64,000 nt of DNA from Chrysomallon squamiferum (GCA_012295275.1 CM022667.1:11408001-11472000); one strand, 5' to 3'. Positions 14,261 to 29,128 are shown, counted from the first letter of the stretch. Notes: generated from the sequence alone by a model not told the origin. A program made the numbers and translations.

Positions 14261-14830
14261 TAAAAAAAAAAAAAAAAAAAAAAAAAGAAGATAAAAATGG
14301 GCGAGCATACAAAACACATTCATCCTGGCGTGTTTCTACTCTCAAATAAAAATAATCGTGGAAATCTTCCAAGATAAATAAAATGATTTCCATTTCGCCC
14401 TCCGTTTTTTTCTATTAAGTAAACAATAAATACGGTTCTAATTTAATCAGCATGTCGATTAGTTTGCGCGGTGTGATACCGGTACATGGAGCGTTGCTAA
14501 ACAGGTCTTTATTTTAATGTGTTTGGTGTGATACTCAGGGGTTAAACAGATGTAGGTAATAATAGCGACAGTATTTTTGAACAATGAGCAGTTTTGTTTT
14601 TCCTATGGATTTAGTTGTTTTGTTTGTTCAGGCTGTTTAGTCTGCTTAGATGTTTCTTGTGTTTAAGCGCGCATGATGTGAAAAAATAAAAAAAATAAAA
14701 TAAAAACATCGGAAGGAGTCAAGAGAGGATTTTTAATTTAAAATTTGATGGATTCAGTTTGGTGTGGATTTAATTTAAAAAGATATTTATGTATTTACAT
14801 ATGTGAAAATGTCTGTGTGTCTTTACATAA

Positions 14831-14880
<50 letters not shown>

Positions 14881-14935
14881 GATGAAAATGATAGATGATA
14901 GATGATAGATATATAGATTAGATAGATAGATAGAA

Positions 14936-14968
<33 letters not shown>

Positions 14969-15770
14969 GACATTTTTCTACACACACACACACACACATA
15001 TATATATAAAACCGAAAGACGATTTGACAAAGATATCACAAGGAAGAATATGTAAGGATATGCATAAATATATTAATTATGAGTTCAACTATTTTTTTTT
15101 TCTGTTCTTTTGTTGTAGTATTTTTTCATTTTGTGTCTAGTTTCATAGGTTGCTGCTATTTGTCTTTTCACTGAACATCTAACCACGCATGAACTCGAGG
15201 CTGACAAACATTTTATTTTTTCAAAATTAAATTTTCAAACACGAATTCAAGACGGTTCTCACAATATGAATGATTATTCATACAACACATGAAAGAACGT
15301 TAGAAAACCGAAAAATTTTTTTTTTCATAATTCATTCACAAACATTAAAAAACCAGTGGGCTGTCCCATCCCCCCACACCCCACACCCTGCACCTGCAGG
15401 ACACGTCCCGCCATGTTGAATCCAATTAAATCCAGATCCAGGCCACCGAACTCCGCAATCGCTTCGTAGCCACGGTTTAAACTTTCCACTGACTCTGCCC
15501 CTCCCCCTTTTTAGCATTAAAACATGGCGGCAAGCTGGGAAGTGACACACCCAATTAGCCATTCTACGGCTTGCACAAAGTACAAACAGACTCAATGACT
15601 GCTCCCTCGTAAACCGCACAGTCCGTCAATTACCTAGACAGCGTGTAATATCGAGACTTCAAAGGTTCCGGTTCCTGTTCGTTCGTGTGCTATCTTGTTC
15701 CCGGGCTCTTTGACAACGACCCCATTAACAAGAGGAAACCATTAAGGCTTATTTTCCATTTCTAAATTTT

Positions 15771-15772
<2 letters not shown>

Positions 15773-15835
<63 letters not shown>
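15773..15835. repeat. Poly(T) tract, about 63 nt
   Basis: Uninterrupted T run. Confidence 0.95.
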
Positions 15836-16099
15836 CCCGATATGTTACATATGTCACGTGACTGAGAAACCAGATGCGAGTTTTTACGCGGTGCAGTCCA
15901 GGCGTCCCTTGAAGAAACACGACTTTCGCAAAGTTATTCTAATTAAACTTGTTTTACACGCTGTGATTTCTCATTTACGTGATTCTCGTTATGTAGACGC
16001 TTACCACGTTACCACGACTTTTTTCTTCGTAAAACGACTGCATATATAAATAACATGTATATGCAATTTAAATAACAATTTGTAAGCATTGTAGTAGAT

Positions 16100-16249
<150 letters not shown>

Positions 16250-16252
16250 CAT

Positions 16253-16324
<72 letters not shown>

Positions 16325-19289
16325 CAGATAGATAGACAGATAGATATAGATGTATAGATATTTACAGATATACAGATATATAGATATAGCTATAGTTATA
16401 GATACAGATGGCGTTATGTTAATTTTGGAGCTTTCTTTATTTATTTTTATTTTTTTATGGAATTATATTAAAAAGTATCAGCGTAAATATTACAATGTTG
16501 CATTTATTTCGTTAGTTCGAGAAAGGAAACCAGGTCTGGAATTCCACTCAGTTGCCCGTCATGTTCCCGAACTCGATCCAAGAACCCGTCAGTTTTAAAG
16601 TCTTGCGGCTCAACCAGAGCCTCGCCAAGTATGGCATCAATAAACCGTGAAACCACGAACTCGAGTTAAAAGACAAACATGGAAATTCCTTTGTTTGAAA
16701 AGCGCGCAGATTCATCGCCAAGGTGAAATGATGAACGTCCAGACATCAAAGAGCTACTTCGGCCAGACATAATGAATTCCAGCCAGCTGAATGACCAGCA
16801 CTTTGCAGGTAAACTGTCTGGAGAACTGACCACTCGTAACAGAGTGGCCACTCGGATTGGAAACATGTGTTGTGTTTAACAAAAGCTTCAAGTGAATTAG
16901 TTTCATCTGTTTAAACATGCAGCCAATGTCTCTTGAGTATTTTGTACAACACAACTGTTTGCTGGCCTCACGATAATAAAAACTGAAGAAGTCTTGAAAT
17001 GTATTTGTTTTGTTTATGTCAATGAAGTAGATGGTAAGATTCTAGTGTCTGTTTTGTTATGTGACTGAAACTGTTGATTGTGCAGTTCCTGTAATGTATG
17101 TGGGGTTTTTTTTGTAGGTTCTTGGTTCTTCAAGCTGTAGATCTACTCTATGGTAATAATCATAGAAGCATGCTAATGTATTAATAAATAAATAAATAGT
17201 AATTATCACCTAAGACTGTATGAAAATACAATTAAATAAATAAAAACTATTAGATGAATTAATAAAGTCAAATAAATATCAATACTTATGTTGTAAGTAT
17301 CCTTGAATGCACCTAATATTTTTTTTTTTTTCTTTTTTTTTTTTTCTTTTTTTCTTAAGATTTATCTTAAACTAAAATACATAATTATTGTAACCTTTGG
17401 CCTCAATGGACTTCATGGAATATGATTTTAAGAATTTAAAGATAAACGAGTTTAACTGGTTTTTAACTGGTTTTTATCACTTAACAAACTTTATTATGTT
17501 AGTCATGCAATAATACTACATGAATTTAATTAACTAGTTCATGTCACTTAGAAACCTTATTATGTCAGTCACGCGGTGTCCCTCTTACTATATATCCAGC
17601 ACTAGCTTTTACCAAGGAAACTGCTACTATAGAAAAACAATAAATCAATCATCTTTGTGTTTTCTTCCAAGAAATAACCGAAGACAAAACAAAAACAGAC
17701 TGGTCTTTTTGTCTGAACTGCGCTCGTATTTGTCTTTCTGTTGATACTGGCCACGAGAGCAATTAGGATGACATATAGCACTGAACACCAGTCAAGCGAT
17801 TAATGGTGTTTTGGTTTTGTCCACGTGTCGGCCATCTTAAACTGTCTGCGATCGGGAACTGTGTTTTGACCAAGGGCAGCGATTACAGCAACATTGAAAA
17901 GACATCTTGTCCCAGCAAGCTAGCCCGAAAATATGCTACGCAAGTAATCTAGAAGATAAATATTGTGGGAAAAATAACGCACGTTAAAACATCTTTGGAG
18001 AAAATTCCTCACTGCCAAAACATAGCCGTGAAGGAAAACATCATTATTCAGATGAAATAATGACCATCGCGTGCTGTGGTTTCGAATGTTTTGTTGGGAA
18101 GCTGGAGGCTCAGTTTAAGAGTCCTCTGTGTTAGACACAGCTGTGGTATTCAGAAATCTTATCCTGCAGTCTGTCACATGTTAGAGGTTGTCGGCCACAC
18201 GTCGTCAAGACCAGATAAACGCTGGAGAACCAACAATTTGAAAAGATACGCGTTAACATTGCTTCAGAATGTCCATATTATCTCTTTTTTTTGTGTGTGT
18301 GTTCAGTTTCTTTCTTTCTCTCTCTTTCTTTTTTCTTTCGTTCTTTCTCTGTTGGTCTTTCTTTCTTTTTTTTTTTTCTTTGGGTTTCTTAATTTATTTA
18401 TTTATTTATTTATTTATTTATTTTAGCTTTTTCCTGTTGATTAATGTTACTACGAAGAAGGATAGATGTAAATGTATGGCAGCATATCTCTCTATTTTCC
18501 TAGCTATCCATCTGTTTGCACAGACACACACACACACACACATTCAAACACACATACACACACACACATACACACATGCAGACACAGACATACTCAAACA
18601 TAAAACATACAGACACACACACACACTAAAACACACACACAAACATATACACAAACAAAAAACACACACATATACAGAAACATACACAGATATTTTAAGA
18701 AAATAGTCTTAATAATTAACATTTCCTGTTACCACGGATACTGGCCCATCACCACTAAATAACATCCTTGTATAACAATATGTAACCAAGATCTTTCATC
18801 TAATGCAATAAAACAAGAACAGAAACTCTCTCTATACATATATATATATATCCTGCAATAACTGTTCCCCAACATAGCCAAACTGTCTGGAAAAATAAAA
18901 AAACAACAACGCGAAAATAGACGATTAATTAGCGCTAAGTGTCTGTAACGGTCTAACAAATTCGTTAAACCTATCGCCATGTTCCTTTTAACACCGGAAC
19001 CACTTTCTCGGACTGATAAGACACGCATGTCTAATGACCCCGAGATCAGAAACATGGGGCTTCGCGCCTGTTTCTCTAACTCGCTAATTAACTGACCAGA
19101 AATAACCAGTGATCCGCGACGCAATCTCACAACGCCTAATTTTAGAACGCGATCGCGATCGGAGCATTCTGAAGTACTTTATTAACACTTTGCAATGTGC
19201 TCGTGGTTAGGGAAGACAACGAATCGAAGAAAAGACTTTTGAGAAAGAATGGCGGGGTTTTGAGAGGATTTACAGAGGGATAACGGCAG

Positions 19290-19545
19290 AAAGAAATGCT
19301 TTATTTATAATCTAGGCTACACATTATAGATTGCTATAGTTTAAAAATGTAAACATATTAACAGAAGATATTTGTAGCTGCTAGCGAACTGCCTTTTTGT
19401 TTTAACAGCAGCAAAAGAGATTTTTATATAAACCTTCTTATAAACAGGGAAAGAACATAACATGGCCTTTTGTAAGTAATCATAGGGCATGGGTTGGAAC
19501 GGGAAATGCGCAATGGGAGGTTGGGAAATTGGTCGAGTCTATCCA
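19290..19545 (-). mobile_element. Decayed tRNA-derived SINE-like copy
   Basis: Shares cagcagcaaaagagatttttatataaaccttc...catggcc and gggcatgggttggaacgggaaa blocks with copies at about 44000 and 50840; resembles a gastropod SINE body as recalled. Confidence 0.55.
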
Positions 19546-20173
19546 AAGCCTTTTGCTGTTTGTTGTTAATAATTTCAAAACGGCGATGCCATCGAATACT
19601 TCGTGTTATTATTTGTTAATATCAGTAACTACATATTTGTTTTTGTTTTTCTTTTTTCATCTTTTTTAAATGTCTAGACCTGTTTATCATTGCACATCTC
19701 AGTACATATATTTATATGTGTGGATGGATGGATGGGTGAATAGATAAATGGTTTTCTATCTACATATCTATCCATTTGTTTAGAAATTTTCTAATACTTT
19801 TTATCTACTAACTGATCTAAAAACAAACAGCGTGCCTTTCCATCCATCCGTCTTTCCATCGACCCATCATCCTACATACACACAAACGCACCAGCGCACA
19901 CGCACGCACGTACGTCGCACTCGCACACACCCTAACACACACACACACACCTTAAACACACATATATATGTATACATATACATATACGTACATTTATATA
20001 TATACGTTCATACATACATTTATATACATAGATACATATATATATATATATAAATATATTTCTGTTTCTCCTTTGTTTCTATACATATACATATACATAC
20101 ATTTATATATATATATGTTCATACATACATTTATACATACATAGATACATAGATACATATATACACACATACA

Positions 20174-20227
<54 letters not shown>

Positions 20228-20484
20228 CTGGTTCTCCTAAATCTATTTCTTATTTCTGTTTCTCCTTTGTTTCTATATCGGTTATCACTTGAATCTGATA
20301 TGGGGAGTATAACGAAAATCGATCTTAAACAAAACACCTCAAAACCAGCGTAATTGTGTTCTTAAACGATTTACCGGTCTCGATAAAATATCAGTCACAA
20401 TATTCTGTACTTTCTTTTCTATTCGTAAACCAAGATTTAATCTTCAGAATCCGCCGATAAATTCGGTAACAAACATAAAAAAAA

Positions 20485-20516
<32 letters not shown>

Positions 20517-20877
20517 AAGAAGAAGAAGTAATGATCGCTTCTGCGATGCATAAAGAAATCAAAGTTGTAAGGTAAAACCAAAGGATAAAAAAAAAAAAAA
20601 AAAAAAAATGTTAAAGAAAATAACAACCACGTGGAAAAGACCCACCAAGAAAAGACAATAAAAATCAAAAGCTTAAAACGAACGGAACGAAAATAACAAT
20701 GATTATTCTTACAAAACCAAAAACATTACGTAGAAGATGAAGAAAAAAAAAGTAGACGAATCAAGGATTTCTCTCTGCTTTTCATAGAACATAAAAAAAA
20801 AAAAAAGAGTGAAAAGAGAATAAGAATAAGAAAAAGAAAAAAAAAAAAAAAGAATGCATCACCTTTGATAGGTTTAC

Positions 20878-21310
20878 CGACAAACATTTCACTAACGCAT
20901 CAACAACTGAAAATACGATATCTCTCAAAAGGCACAAGAACAAAAAAGAGGGGACTGTTATACAGAGCCGCTATCTAGCGGCGCGGTTATGATTTTCAAA
21001 GAATTGTTTGTTACAGATCTGTAAGCAGATTGCTCGTGCGTTGCTGAATTTTCGGAGTGATGATCAGCTGAACCACTCTGACGTCTGCTCGTTGTAGCAT
21101 CTTCCAGACTTCAAAACAATCAGACTCGCCGATCGGCGGAAACGTGGTTCAGACAATCACCACGTCGTGTGCGTAGTGCGTACTGTTCTTCCGCCCAAAG
21201 CCGTAGCGACTGGCGCGTGCCTGTTTCCTTTCTGAGTCGTTTCCTCTTTTGTAAACCGTCTGTGTGAACGTGTGAATGACAGAACAGAACGTGTGTGATA
21301 TTAATAAACT
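20878..21310 (-). promoter_or_regulatory. Candidate intronic alternative promoter/first exon (ATG TTT GTC G|gtaaac)
   Basis: TATA-like TATTAATA about 29 nt upstream of Inr-like TCATTC (21279-21274), about 390 nt CpG-rich leader, then gaaATG-TTT-GTC-G and a moderate phase-1 donor at 20877. Confidence 0.27.
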
Positions 21311-22424
21311 AAACTGTTTTTACTAATTAAAACGTACATGTTGAGAGTCGGTCTGGTTTTTTTTTTTTTCTGTGTCTCAGTCTTTTGTTTTTTGTTGTGT
21401 TTGATAAATGATTTATTTTTGAATAAAATACATAATCAATCAAATAGAATGAATATGGTATAATGGCTAAAATAATAAAAAATATATATATATATATATT
21501 TTTATTATTATTCGAGCCATCATAACATATTTATTTCCCTTGATTCATTCCTTCGTCTTTCATTCTAGAACAGTTTTTAAATGGTCTCAAAGTACATACG
21601 TTTTTTTAAATTTTGAACTTTTTTTCTCACATATTTGATGTACAAACTAACAGTTTAAAAACCAAGACTGCGCCCATCGAAAGAAAGACTACTTCTGTAA
21701 TTGATTGCAGACAACCGTTCTAAACTGCTGCACATTTCAAAATTTACACTCTTATTATGCATGCTTTACGGGGGGAAGTTTCAAACGAAGTTAACAATTC
21801 GCACTCCGAGAATTGCGTAAACCTAACGCAACAACTGCGACAATTGTGGCTTTAAATTTTATTCAACTTGAAAGGCGAAAGGGTAAGAAAAAAAAAAAAA
21901 AAAAAAAAAATCTATCTTCCTAAACGATTTTGCAGAGACCTTTCTTCGATTTAGAAAAAAAAAAAAAACAACACAACAGCCATAACGGCGTGAATTAACG
22001 ACACTCAGGAGTTCAGACATGACTGCGGGTGCCGACAGACGAACAGAAGAAACGGAAGTAAGCGATAACATACTTCCCAGACCAAAAGAGTTCCTTTCTG
22101 GGGAAGTAATTTGTTGCCAATAAATCACGGCGCTGTCAATAAGCGCGGTATTGGTGTCGTCGAAGCAATTTTGCGCAACTTAGTGGAAAACATTTTCCCC
22201 GTTTTGATGCCTTCCTTTCTGACTGATTTGCGACCCGGGAATGATGAAATTCGGGTAAGAAATCTCGACAGATGGTGAAGATATTAATATGCGAAAATGA
22301 TTATCGTATATAAAACATCAGAAGCTGGTTGACTAGAAATAATTTTTTATACATCGTTTTTTTTGTTGTTTTTTTTTCTCTTTTTCCCACTCGTGCGTGT
22401 TTTTTTTAGTGTTTTTTACATGTT

Positions 22425-22502
22425 ACGGTGGTTATACTTCAGTGGTTGGATGTTTTCTTAAAGAGCGAAGGGTCGCAAGTTCGATTCGGCTCGGTGGAAA
22501 CC
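22425..22502 (+). mobile_element. tRNA-like SINE head fragment (Pol III A/B boxes)
   Basis: A-box-like ttcagtggttgg and B-box GTTCGATTC (22479-22487) at tRNA spacing, but no convincing cloverleaf. Confidence 0.4.
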
Positions 22503-23344
22503 TTTGACAAATACCGACGGAGTAGAAGCCAGCAGGTCAGAGGTGACTTCTTGACTTAGATTTAAAAAAATGTATAAAAACATATAATAATATCACTAGG
22601 TGAAAGGTAAACTCATCACGTTTAAAAAGAACTGATAAGATATTATGTAACGATCGAAAGGAAAAAAGAGGAAAACTGAGATAATATATGATACTAGTAA
22701 TATTTACGGGGTCAAATTCGAACATCTTGCCATAATATAAAAAATACACGTTACAGCTCAGTAATTATAGGATCAAAGGATAATTATTACTATGATATAA
22801 AAAATGAATAAAATATACTGGTACACGGACAAACGATACGCACACACAAACACCTACAAGCACGCATGCACATACACACATGCACTCACATACATATACA
22901 CACATATACATTCATACATGTTATTAAAAGGCGATTTTAAACGTCGACATTTTAAATCATAATGTAATATTTAAAATTACATCATATCTAAGATTAAATA
23001 ATAATAATAATAAATAAATAAATAATCAGCTATCTCTAACTTTATAACCTACTTTTGCATCTACATGTCTCCAATCAGTCGGAGTAATCTTTTAAAGGAC
23101 AAGGAAGATTAATTATTTATTCAAACTGTTCAGTGTCACTTTAAATTATGAATGTACGTCGAAATGCAGTGACATCAGTGATGATCTTCACACTTCGCGC
23201 AATGTTATCAAGTACAGAAAAGTTTATACAGATCCAGGGGATTCTGATAACTCTTCTTTTTTTTTTTATTTTATGTTTTAATTTTACTTATTTATTATTT
23301 TTTTTTTCATTTTTTGTAATTCTTTTATTCAAGTATCAACGATG

Positions 23345-23440
<96 letters not shown>

Positions 23441-23552
23441 AGGCTTTAACGCCTCGTCAACCTAAAAAAATTAAACAAATGAGATTAAAAATTAGAGAGA
23501 GAAAAAAAAAAAAAACACATATTTTTCCTTTTTCTATTTTTCTTTTTTCTTT

Positions 23553-23915
23553 TTTTCTCTGAACCAAAATTTAATTTAAAATTCATATTTTTCAGAAAGG
23601 ATTTCGCACATAAACCTTCTGCGAAAAGAGAAAAGTCTTTAGTTAATGGTCTACCATAATTGTTCATTTCCTAATAATCTGTGAAATACGTTGTGCATGT
23701 TTTCAAGACAAAGTTATCTGCTTTTTCATCAAGCAATGATTTTCAATCAGGACATAAAGAAACAGAAAAATGTTGGCACATCTGTTCCTTTCTCTTTGTA
23801 AGACAGTCTGGTAAAGTTAAATCTACGTTTTGTAAATAAAGCGTGGATTTTCTTATTTCAGTTTGGAAAGAGAGGAAATGTTAATAAAAATATTTGTTCT
23901 GTTTAATTTTATGCT
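23553..23915 (+). repeat. Left arm of long-range inverted repeat
   Basis: Reverse complement aligns with 35401-35760; 23707-23851 vs 35464-35608 differ at only one position by manual comparison. Confidence 0.95.
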
Positions 23916-23922
23916 TATTTGC

Positions 23923-24026
<104 letters not shown>

Positions 24027-24107
24027 CCTCTTTTTCACTCTATCTCTCTCTCCCTCTTTTTCTCTCTATCTCTTTCTCTCTTTCTCTCTCTCTTTCTCTC
24101 TCTCACA

Positions 24108-24535
24108 CAGTAGTAGTGGTAGTAGCAACTGTAGTAATCATCACAGAAGTAGTTTTAGTAATAGTAGTAGCAATAATAGCAGATAAAGAGATTATACGGA
24201 TGTTAAACTGTAGTTATTGTGTTGTAGTCGTATGAATAGTACTAATAGTCATAGTAGTAGTAGTAACTCCGGTAATAGTTGTAATAGTTGTAGTAGTGTT
24301 AGTTGTAATAGTTGTAATAGTAGTAATAGTCATAGTAGCAATAGTATTAATAGTTATAGTAGTAATAGCAGTAATAGTAGTAGTAGTAATAGTAGTAATA
24401 GTTATAGTAGTAATAGCAGTAATAGTAGTAGTAGTAATAGCAGTAATAGTTATAGTAGTAATAGCAGTAATAGCAGTAGTAGTATTAGCAGTAATAGTAG
24501 TAGTAGTAATAGCAGTAATAGTTGTACTAATAACT
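24108..24535. repeat. Compound (AGT/AAT/AGC)n repeat with 48-bp higher-order unit
   Basis: aatagttatagt recurs at 24349, 24397, 24445. Confidence 0.85.
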
Positions 24536-25057
24536 GCTGTTGTCGTTTTGCTGTTTATTACGATTTTTCAAGATTTTCTTGTTCCTGATTTTTTTTCTTT
24601 TTTCTTTATATATTTATTTTAATTTATTTGGGGGTGGGTTCATGGGTTTACGAATGTTTACATATTGGCGCAGTCTACATCTGTGTACCGAAAACTGCGG
24701 TGTAACTCGGGTCTATTTTAAACCTAAATCTTCCTCAAGGCGTATGTCTTGTACGTGCAAATTGTTAATTTAATGATAAGCGGGGATACGAACTCGGGAC
24801 GTGCAGGTTCAAGTCGTAGATTAGAGCACTTGATATATATATATCTTTTTTTTTTCTCTTTTCTTCTTTTTTGTCTGTTTATATTCCGTGAAATATATTT
24901 AATATATAGAGTCTAAAACAGATAATGTGTAACGGTGTCTCTAGATTTGTCCTAACAGTTTATGATATGGCTCTTTTTTTTCCCCCCATATATATATATA
25001 TATATATATACTTTTGATACTTAATAATTATGAATTAGGAAATAAATAAACTCTGAA

Positions 25058-25091
<34 letters not shown>

Positions 25092-25841
25092 TGTTGTTGT
25101 TGTTGTTGCTATTATTAGTAGCAGTATTATCATTATTATTATTATTGTTATTTATTGTTATTATTATAGATAGTCAAATATGCATCTAAAAACAGATTTT
25201 GTTGTGAATTTCGATGGAGAATTATCGAGCCCATCAATAAACTTATTTATCTTGAGAATAACAAAAGTATATTTTCAAAAGTTCACCTAAAAACATCAAA
25301 CTGTTTTGGACATAGTGAAAACTAGTGAATCTGGATTCTGCTTTCAATGAAGAAACACAAAAATGTGACAATAATCAGTATTGAAAACCAAAATAAATAA
25401 ATAAACAAATAAACAAAGACAAATAAAGAAAAACAAACAAACGAAAATAATTTATACTGACTAAAAAAATCATCTGGTTAATTTTACTATATACTGACTG
25501 CATGAGACCATGTGATATGATGTAATACAGGTATTATATAAACTCAGTCCAAACTTATGTAAATAAACGTAATAAATGAACACATTTCACTTAGTTACTC
25601 AAGGTATGTATACAGCGTTATCGCAGAATAATTTATATTTAGCATATGCTTATCTACAAGAGTTAAGTATTTTCGTTAAACGTCTTCGTCTGAAATGATA
25701 AGATCCGAGAAGCCTATTTCAGTACCATTAACAAAATGTTGTGTCAAAGGTTTTCATTTCCAAAGCAAATTAGTGGTAATTAATATAATTTTTTGTACAT
25801 AGGAATCTCTGCGAGTGTGTAATATATGTATATATGTATGT

Positions 25842-25925
<84 letters not shown>

Positions 25926-27199
25926 TTGCATATGTATAACTTATATTTGCATGCACATGTCAGATATATTTTATATTTGCATGAGTGTGTATGGCATATT
26001 TACATGTACGTTACATAAACGAGATCTAGTTTGAATGTTTAGTTGAACTTAATATACGATTTCCCAGGTTTCAAGGACCGCATGACCAAAGAAGAAGCCA
26101 AACCGGCGTTTTAACAATGTACCTTCGTAAAATTACTGTATTCCATAGAACGCTTCTGTCTTTGTAATTGGGGATAAAGTCGTTTCAAATAATACATCTT
26201 GAAAACTGAAGAAGAAAAAAACAACAAAAATTAACGATAGCGAGTTTGAAATAAAAACAAAGAAAACCAATTATTTTTGAGTTTAATGAAAACGAGTAAG
26301 AAGAACCAATCATTTTTAAGTTTACTGAAAACGCTAGCAAATAGAACCAATAATGTTTCAGCATCCTGAAAATATGAGCTAACAAGAATAAATCATTTCA
26401 AAGATTCTAGAAAAAAAATGTAGATAACTGAAGTTAATAAACAAAACAAAAAATAAAAATAAAACAAAATTAAAATTAATTCATCGAAAATACACGAATC
26501 AGAAACAGAAACAACAAAAACAATTATTAGTCTTTAAATGGGACCTTCAAATGATTTTAATTTGATTAACATTTCCATCTCCGTTCACCAAGAAAAAAAA
26601 AAAACAAAACAAAAAAACCCTGCATGGAGTGCAAATAAAGGGAAATATTAACATCATCGAGTGTCCTTCTTCTAACGAATCCATCCTGAAGCGATAGAGA
26701 ACGGAATTTCACGTGGAAGGGGCGGGGACAGAACGTGTGTGGGACGGGTCAGAAAGTGTACGTCAGTTCCCCTCGGACGGGAGTTTCTCTCGTTTGACAT
26801 TCAAGGTGTTGTTTGCCAGCTGCGGGCCATCTCTTCAGTCCGTACCGCGGGGAGAGGTCGGTGTTTACAGAGGCACGTGCAGTTCGTGTCTCGTGCTCAC
26901 GTGCCAAGCAGACGATCGCTAGCACCTGCGCTGTTCAGAAATGTTAGCAACAGAACTTCGCTTCCGGTTATGTATCTTTTCTCTGAAATAGCAGTAAGAG
27001 CTGAGTAGGTGCAGGTAGGGGGCGTGTCTTGAGAGGGTAAGGAAAGTGAGCAGGTTATAATACTGGGTCGAAGCTATTGTCCTTGCATATGTATTTTATA
27101 TATACACAATATATATATTCTGTTTTGCGAAACATTTCAAATTGAAGTATGTTGGCCAACTTATAATTTATTTATTTATTACTAATAGAGCTACTACTA

Positions 27200-27237
<38 letters not shown>

Positions 27238-27499
27238 ATTATTATTATTATTATTATTATTGTTATTGTTATTGTTATTGTTATTATTATTATTTATTTA
27301 TTTATTTATTTATTTTTTATCATCAGTTTATTTTTTCCTCTTCTTCTTCGACAAATATAATCATAAAAATTTGTCTCAATTTTACTTCTCAATTTTTTTA
27401 TGAAAAGAAATAATCGAGAGAAAAAGAAACACAAAAAATAAAACCCCCCCAAAAAACCACACTGACATTTATAACCTGAATCTTTCCCATACACTGCCA

Positions 27500-27740
27500 T
27501 ATTTTTTTATTTGCTTTATTTTTATTTTTATGTTATTTTATTTTATTTTATTTTATTTTATTTTATTTTTATTTTATTTTATTATTATTTTTTAATTTTA
27601 ATTTAATTTTTATTTTTATTTTATTTTATTTTATTTTATTCTATTCTATTTTTATTTTTATTTTTATTTTATCTTATTTTATTTTATTTTATTTTATTTT
27701 ATTTTTATTTTTATTTTTATTTCTATTTTTATTTTTAATA
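27500..27740. repeat. (ATTTT)n pentanucleotide-like tract
   Basis: Direct reading. Confidence 0.9.
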
Positions 27741-29110
27741 TGTCACTAAAAATCTATTACGAAACACTAGGCACAACGGCTGAGGTAATTTATAGAAAAT
27801 TAAAATGCCATCAGCTTTGAACATTTCCTGACAGCAACATACGTCTTGTTACAGAAGACAGATAACGCTCTTTCTCTCACTTTCTCTCTTTATAGATCTA
27901 ACGATAATTTTAGATCCTCGACTAAGATATGAAATTTTAATTTTCAAAACCTGTTTCATGGGTTGTTAAAAATATCAAAGCTGACGCATGAAGTGATAAA
28001 GATGACGTAGTTTATAAATCTAAGATGGTAAATGCTGTTAGTGGAATGTCAAGTTATGAAGAAGTATGGGAGAAAATTACGTGTTGTTTTTTGTTTGTTT
28101 TTATATATATATATAAGTGTCACAGTGTATCCCAGAATTGTGTATCCATTGAAAACGGAATTATCATTACTAGCAAAACTAGCACCCAATTAACATTACC
28201 ACTACTAATTTATTGCTATAATTGTTGACACTATTACTGTCAAAATTTGATTAGCCCTATTTCTACTACTATTATTATGGCTACGACAAATATTACTTAT
28301 ACTACAACCATCACTGCTGCTTCAGTAAGCACCATACCGTTAATAATACTGCAGTCACTACTATCATTACTACTACTACTAGAACTACTACAAGCAATGC
28401 AACTACTACTACTAATAATAATGAAGATGTCGATGATGATGATGATGATAATGAAGACGATAACGATGATGATGACGATGATGACGATGATGATGATAAT
28501 AATATTTACTTACTAAACTAATAGTAACAGCGGTACTGAAAAAAGAACCTTCAACAGTCGCTGTTACACTACCAAGTCGACAATAACCATAATCACTACC
28601 TTCACTTTAACTAAATCTAATGTTATCACTGATCCTATTATTCCTGTTACCAGTTTCCTGCTACCAATACGAATACTAATATCACTGCTACGACAACGAC
28701 CACTGCCACCTCCACTGTACAACTATAATAACTACTGTTACAACTACTACTATAGCTGATAAAACAACCATGCTATAGCGACATCATTTTTCTTCTATCG
28801 CTAATTCTATTTGTAATGCTATCGCTACCCTTACTACAATACACCAGTTTCGTTTCTCCGGCCATAATTAACCGCTGAAGGTTATAAAGTCAGTTATATC
28901 TATCTTTAATTTGGCTTTTTTCCTAATTAACCGTCCAATTATCATTTCATTACTATAATTACCATTCAGTTACTAGCCGGGCTTTTAGGTGCAAACCAGT
29001 CTTTTTGACATCAGGGTCCTTGGTGCAGGCAGCATGTAATTATACACTGGACAGAATCAGCATGATTAATACAAATTGACCAGCAGTGAATCGGAGTTAT
29101 TCCTCTTGAA

Positions 29111-29128
29111 CGGAACCAGATGGCGCTA
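29111..29128 (+). promoter_or_regulatory. CTCF-like motif
   Basis: CGGAACCAGATGGCGCTA matches the CTCF core CCAGATGGCGC. Confidence 0.5.

Noticed and set aside
18729-19130. 133-aa minus-strand ORF
   Set aside because: Non-ATG start, runs through an (AT)n tract, no recognisable motif or splice boundaries.
22425-22502. Functional tRNA gene
   Set aside because: A/B boxes present but acceptor and anticodon stems do not pair convincingly; better explained as a SINE head.
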